Below, one piece after another: positions 62,567-64,000 of a stretch of 64,000 nucleotides of DNA (its first letter is position 1; every line of letters starts with the position of its first letter). The DNA is from Deltaproteobacteria bacterium (GTDB lineage: Bacteria; Desulfobacterota; DSM-4660; Desulfatiglandales; HGW-15): positions 6,306 through 70,305 of the forward strand of contig JAFGFY010000093.1 in assembly GCA_016930795.1 (NCBI GenBank), written 5' to 3'. The notes beneath the pieces were generated by a model that saw only the letters and a list, made by a program, of their open reading frames with translations, was not told the DNA's origin and did no database searches. The position numbers and the translations under genes are program-made.

Positions 62567-64000
62567 CTATTCTGCGTAAACTCCGGTGTAATCGAGGTTA
62601 TTGGCCTCATAGTTCTTTTTGAGATCCCCTGCGTAGTCAAATGGTTTTTCACGGGTGAAGACTGCGCCACCATCCAGCTTGACGGTGATAAACTTATTCC
62701 ATTCAGGGGGATCATATTCCGGATAGTCTATTCTGTGAAAATCAAGGTATCTGCTGCTTGCCTTTCGGGCGAGCGATGATTCCATAATAAGCCGCGCGTG
62801 GGTCAACATGCTCAGATCCTCAAGGCTACGCATGAGTTTATGAGGATCTAAAGCAAACAGTCTGGGTGACCAGTTTTTTTCAATATCTTTCAAGCGTTCC
62901 AGACCGATATTGAGGATGGTCTCTGTCTTGAACTCGCTGCAGAAATAGCGCATGACCTTCGATATTCCCGCGTGCAGTTCTTTCCAGTCGATCCCACTAT
63001 TCCGATTCACAGGGGCATATACCCTTTCCTTTTCTATCCGAACCTGATCTTCCGTAATTACAGGATCATCGATCTGGGATGCATAATCAGCAGCTTTTCT
63101 TCCTGCATAACGACCTGTGGCAGCAGCAAAACTGTGGTCAGCCGCTGAATATATCTGCATGCCTGCCGCATAGAGTCCATCCAGGTTTGTTTTGAGATTC
63201 CAATCAACCATCAGTCCGCCTGCTCCGTTGCTCCTCCACTGGGGCGGACTGTTTCCTTCAATCAATTGATACATCATGAGTTGATCTCTTGCTGGATCAA
63301 AACCCGATCCAGTATAAGTATCGACAATGATCTTTGTCGTGGATTCCTCTTTTAGCATCATATTCCATGTTGTCTCACGTTCAACGTCTTTCATCTGAGG
63401 AAAGTCGCCATAAAAGGGCAATTCAAATTCTCCTGACATAATTCCTTCTCGAACCCTGTCCCATTGGGTCCTCATCATCTCCCAAGTGATCTTCTTATCC
63501 CAGCCCGGTTCTGTGACAACAGGCAGTGCCTTTCCATTGTTGTCCACTGAAGGAACATTCTCGTAGCTTGCATCTCCCGCGCCTGTGTACCACTCATGCT
63601 TGAATCCTGTCCCCAGATGGAGTGACTGGGTGTGTTCCATCATTGTGAATTCCGCGCCGGCCTTCCATGCCATAGCGATTCCGTCGCCGGATATGGTACG
63701 TGACAGAAAGGTATTATATCCACCCAGTTCGGTATTCAGAAGCCAAAGAGACCCTCCTACAGCGGTCGCGAGAATTGTGGCCTTTGCATTGAATATCATG
63801 AACTCTCCGGTCCTATTATTCAGACCTGTTGCACCAATGACTCTTCCTCCCTGCCGGCTATCCTTTGTCAGAAGACTGGTTGCCATTACTCTGTCATATA
63901 TCTTCACACCTAGTCTTTGGCATTCTTTCTTTAGTGCCGGCTTGAATGTGGTTCCCCAGACACGTATCACCACATTATGTTCATGGTTCGCGTTATACCT
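62567..64000 (-). CDS. FAD-dependent oxidoreductase (fumarate reductase/AprA-like flavoprotein), C-terminal ~477 aa; gene runs off the right edge
   Basis: The frame stays open upstream of the track's start (…RYNANHEHNVVIRVWG…). GLYAAGMQIYSAADHSFAAATGRYAGRKAA is typical of the FAD_binding_2 family. Confidence 0.85.
   Translation of the reverse strand, partial: RYNANHEHNVVIRVWGTTFKPALKKECQRLGVKIYDRVMATSLLTKDSRQGGRVIGATGLNNRTGEFMIFNAKATILATAVGGSLWLLNTELGGYNTFLSRTISGDGIAMAWKAGAEFTMMEHTQSLHLGTGFKHEWYTGAGDASYENVPSVDNNGKALPVVTEPGWDKKITWEMMRTQWDRVREGIMSGEFELPFYGDFPQMKDVERETTWNMMLKEESTTKIIVDTYTGSGFDPARDQLMMYQLIEGNSPPQWRSNGAGGLMVDWNLKTNLDGLYAAGMQIYSAADHSFAAATGRYAGRKAADYASQIDDPVITEDQVRIEKERVYAPVNRNSGIDWKELHAGISKVMRYFCSEFKTETILNIGLERLKDIEKNWSPRLFALDPHKLMRSLEDLSMLTHARLIMESSLARKASSRYLDFHRIDYPEYDPPEWNKFITVKLDGGAVFTREKPFDYAGDLKKNYEANNLDYTGVYAE

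Noticed and set aside
1-64000. Search for CRISPR arrays, tRNA/rRNA genes, integrases and intact IS elements.
   Set aside because: I found no regularly spaced direct repeats, no T-loop/cloverleaf-like segments in the spacers, and no integrase or full transposase ORF. This was a by-eye scan only; tRNAscan-SE, Infernal and a CRISPR detection tool should confirm it.

Overview
Gene-dense 64-kb chromosomal window with about 50 protein genes. I saw no rRNA, tRNA or CRISPR array by eye. The gene content (Ni-CODH CooS, rubrerythrins with PerR, tungsten-type AOR, radical SAM, many Tat-exported Fe-S proteins) suggests a strictly anaerobic Gram-negative bacterium, possibly Desulfobacterota-like; this is inference. 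The window falls into eight blocks. (1) 1-9776: one minus-strand operon encoding an ABC ATPase, an ABC-2 permease fused to an M1-peptidase-like ectodomain, an MFP and two tandem RND pumps. (2) 9.8-14.0 kb: a visibly AT-richer segment with a transposase relic, trkA-trkH and a decayed Phd/RelE-type TA pair. (3) A HerA-like DUF853 ATPase, a PHP protein, asnB, an aminopeptidase and YdbH plus fused YnbE-YdbL envelope genes. (4) 25.4-29.0 kb: a Tat-exported DUF362 protein next to a fused NapH/NapG-like polyferredoxin, my best candidate for an undescribed system. (5) icd and a cyclase-TPR protein. (6) An oxidative-stress cluster (rbr-perR-rbr-rubredoxin-like) followed by an orphan cooS. (7) A cobalamin-riboswitch-controlled operon of TonB receptor, cobQ and btuFCD-like genes. 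(8) 47.6-64 kb: an island of exported and redox enzymes. It holds a Tat AKR-FeS protein, a Tat isomerase-like protein, a radical SAM enzyme, an SDR, a 1138-aa lipoprotein with methyltransferase-like and beta-propeller parts, a Tat-ferredoxin with AOR, a cupin, a URO-D-like protein and an FAD flavoprotein. All functional calls come from motif recognition by eye on the supplied translations and raw sequence. No database search or computation was run.
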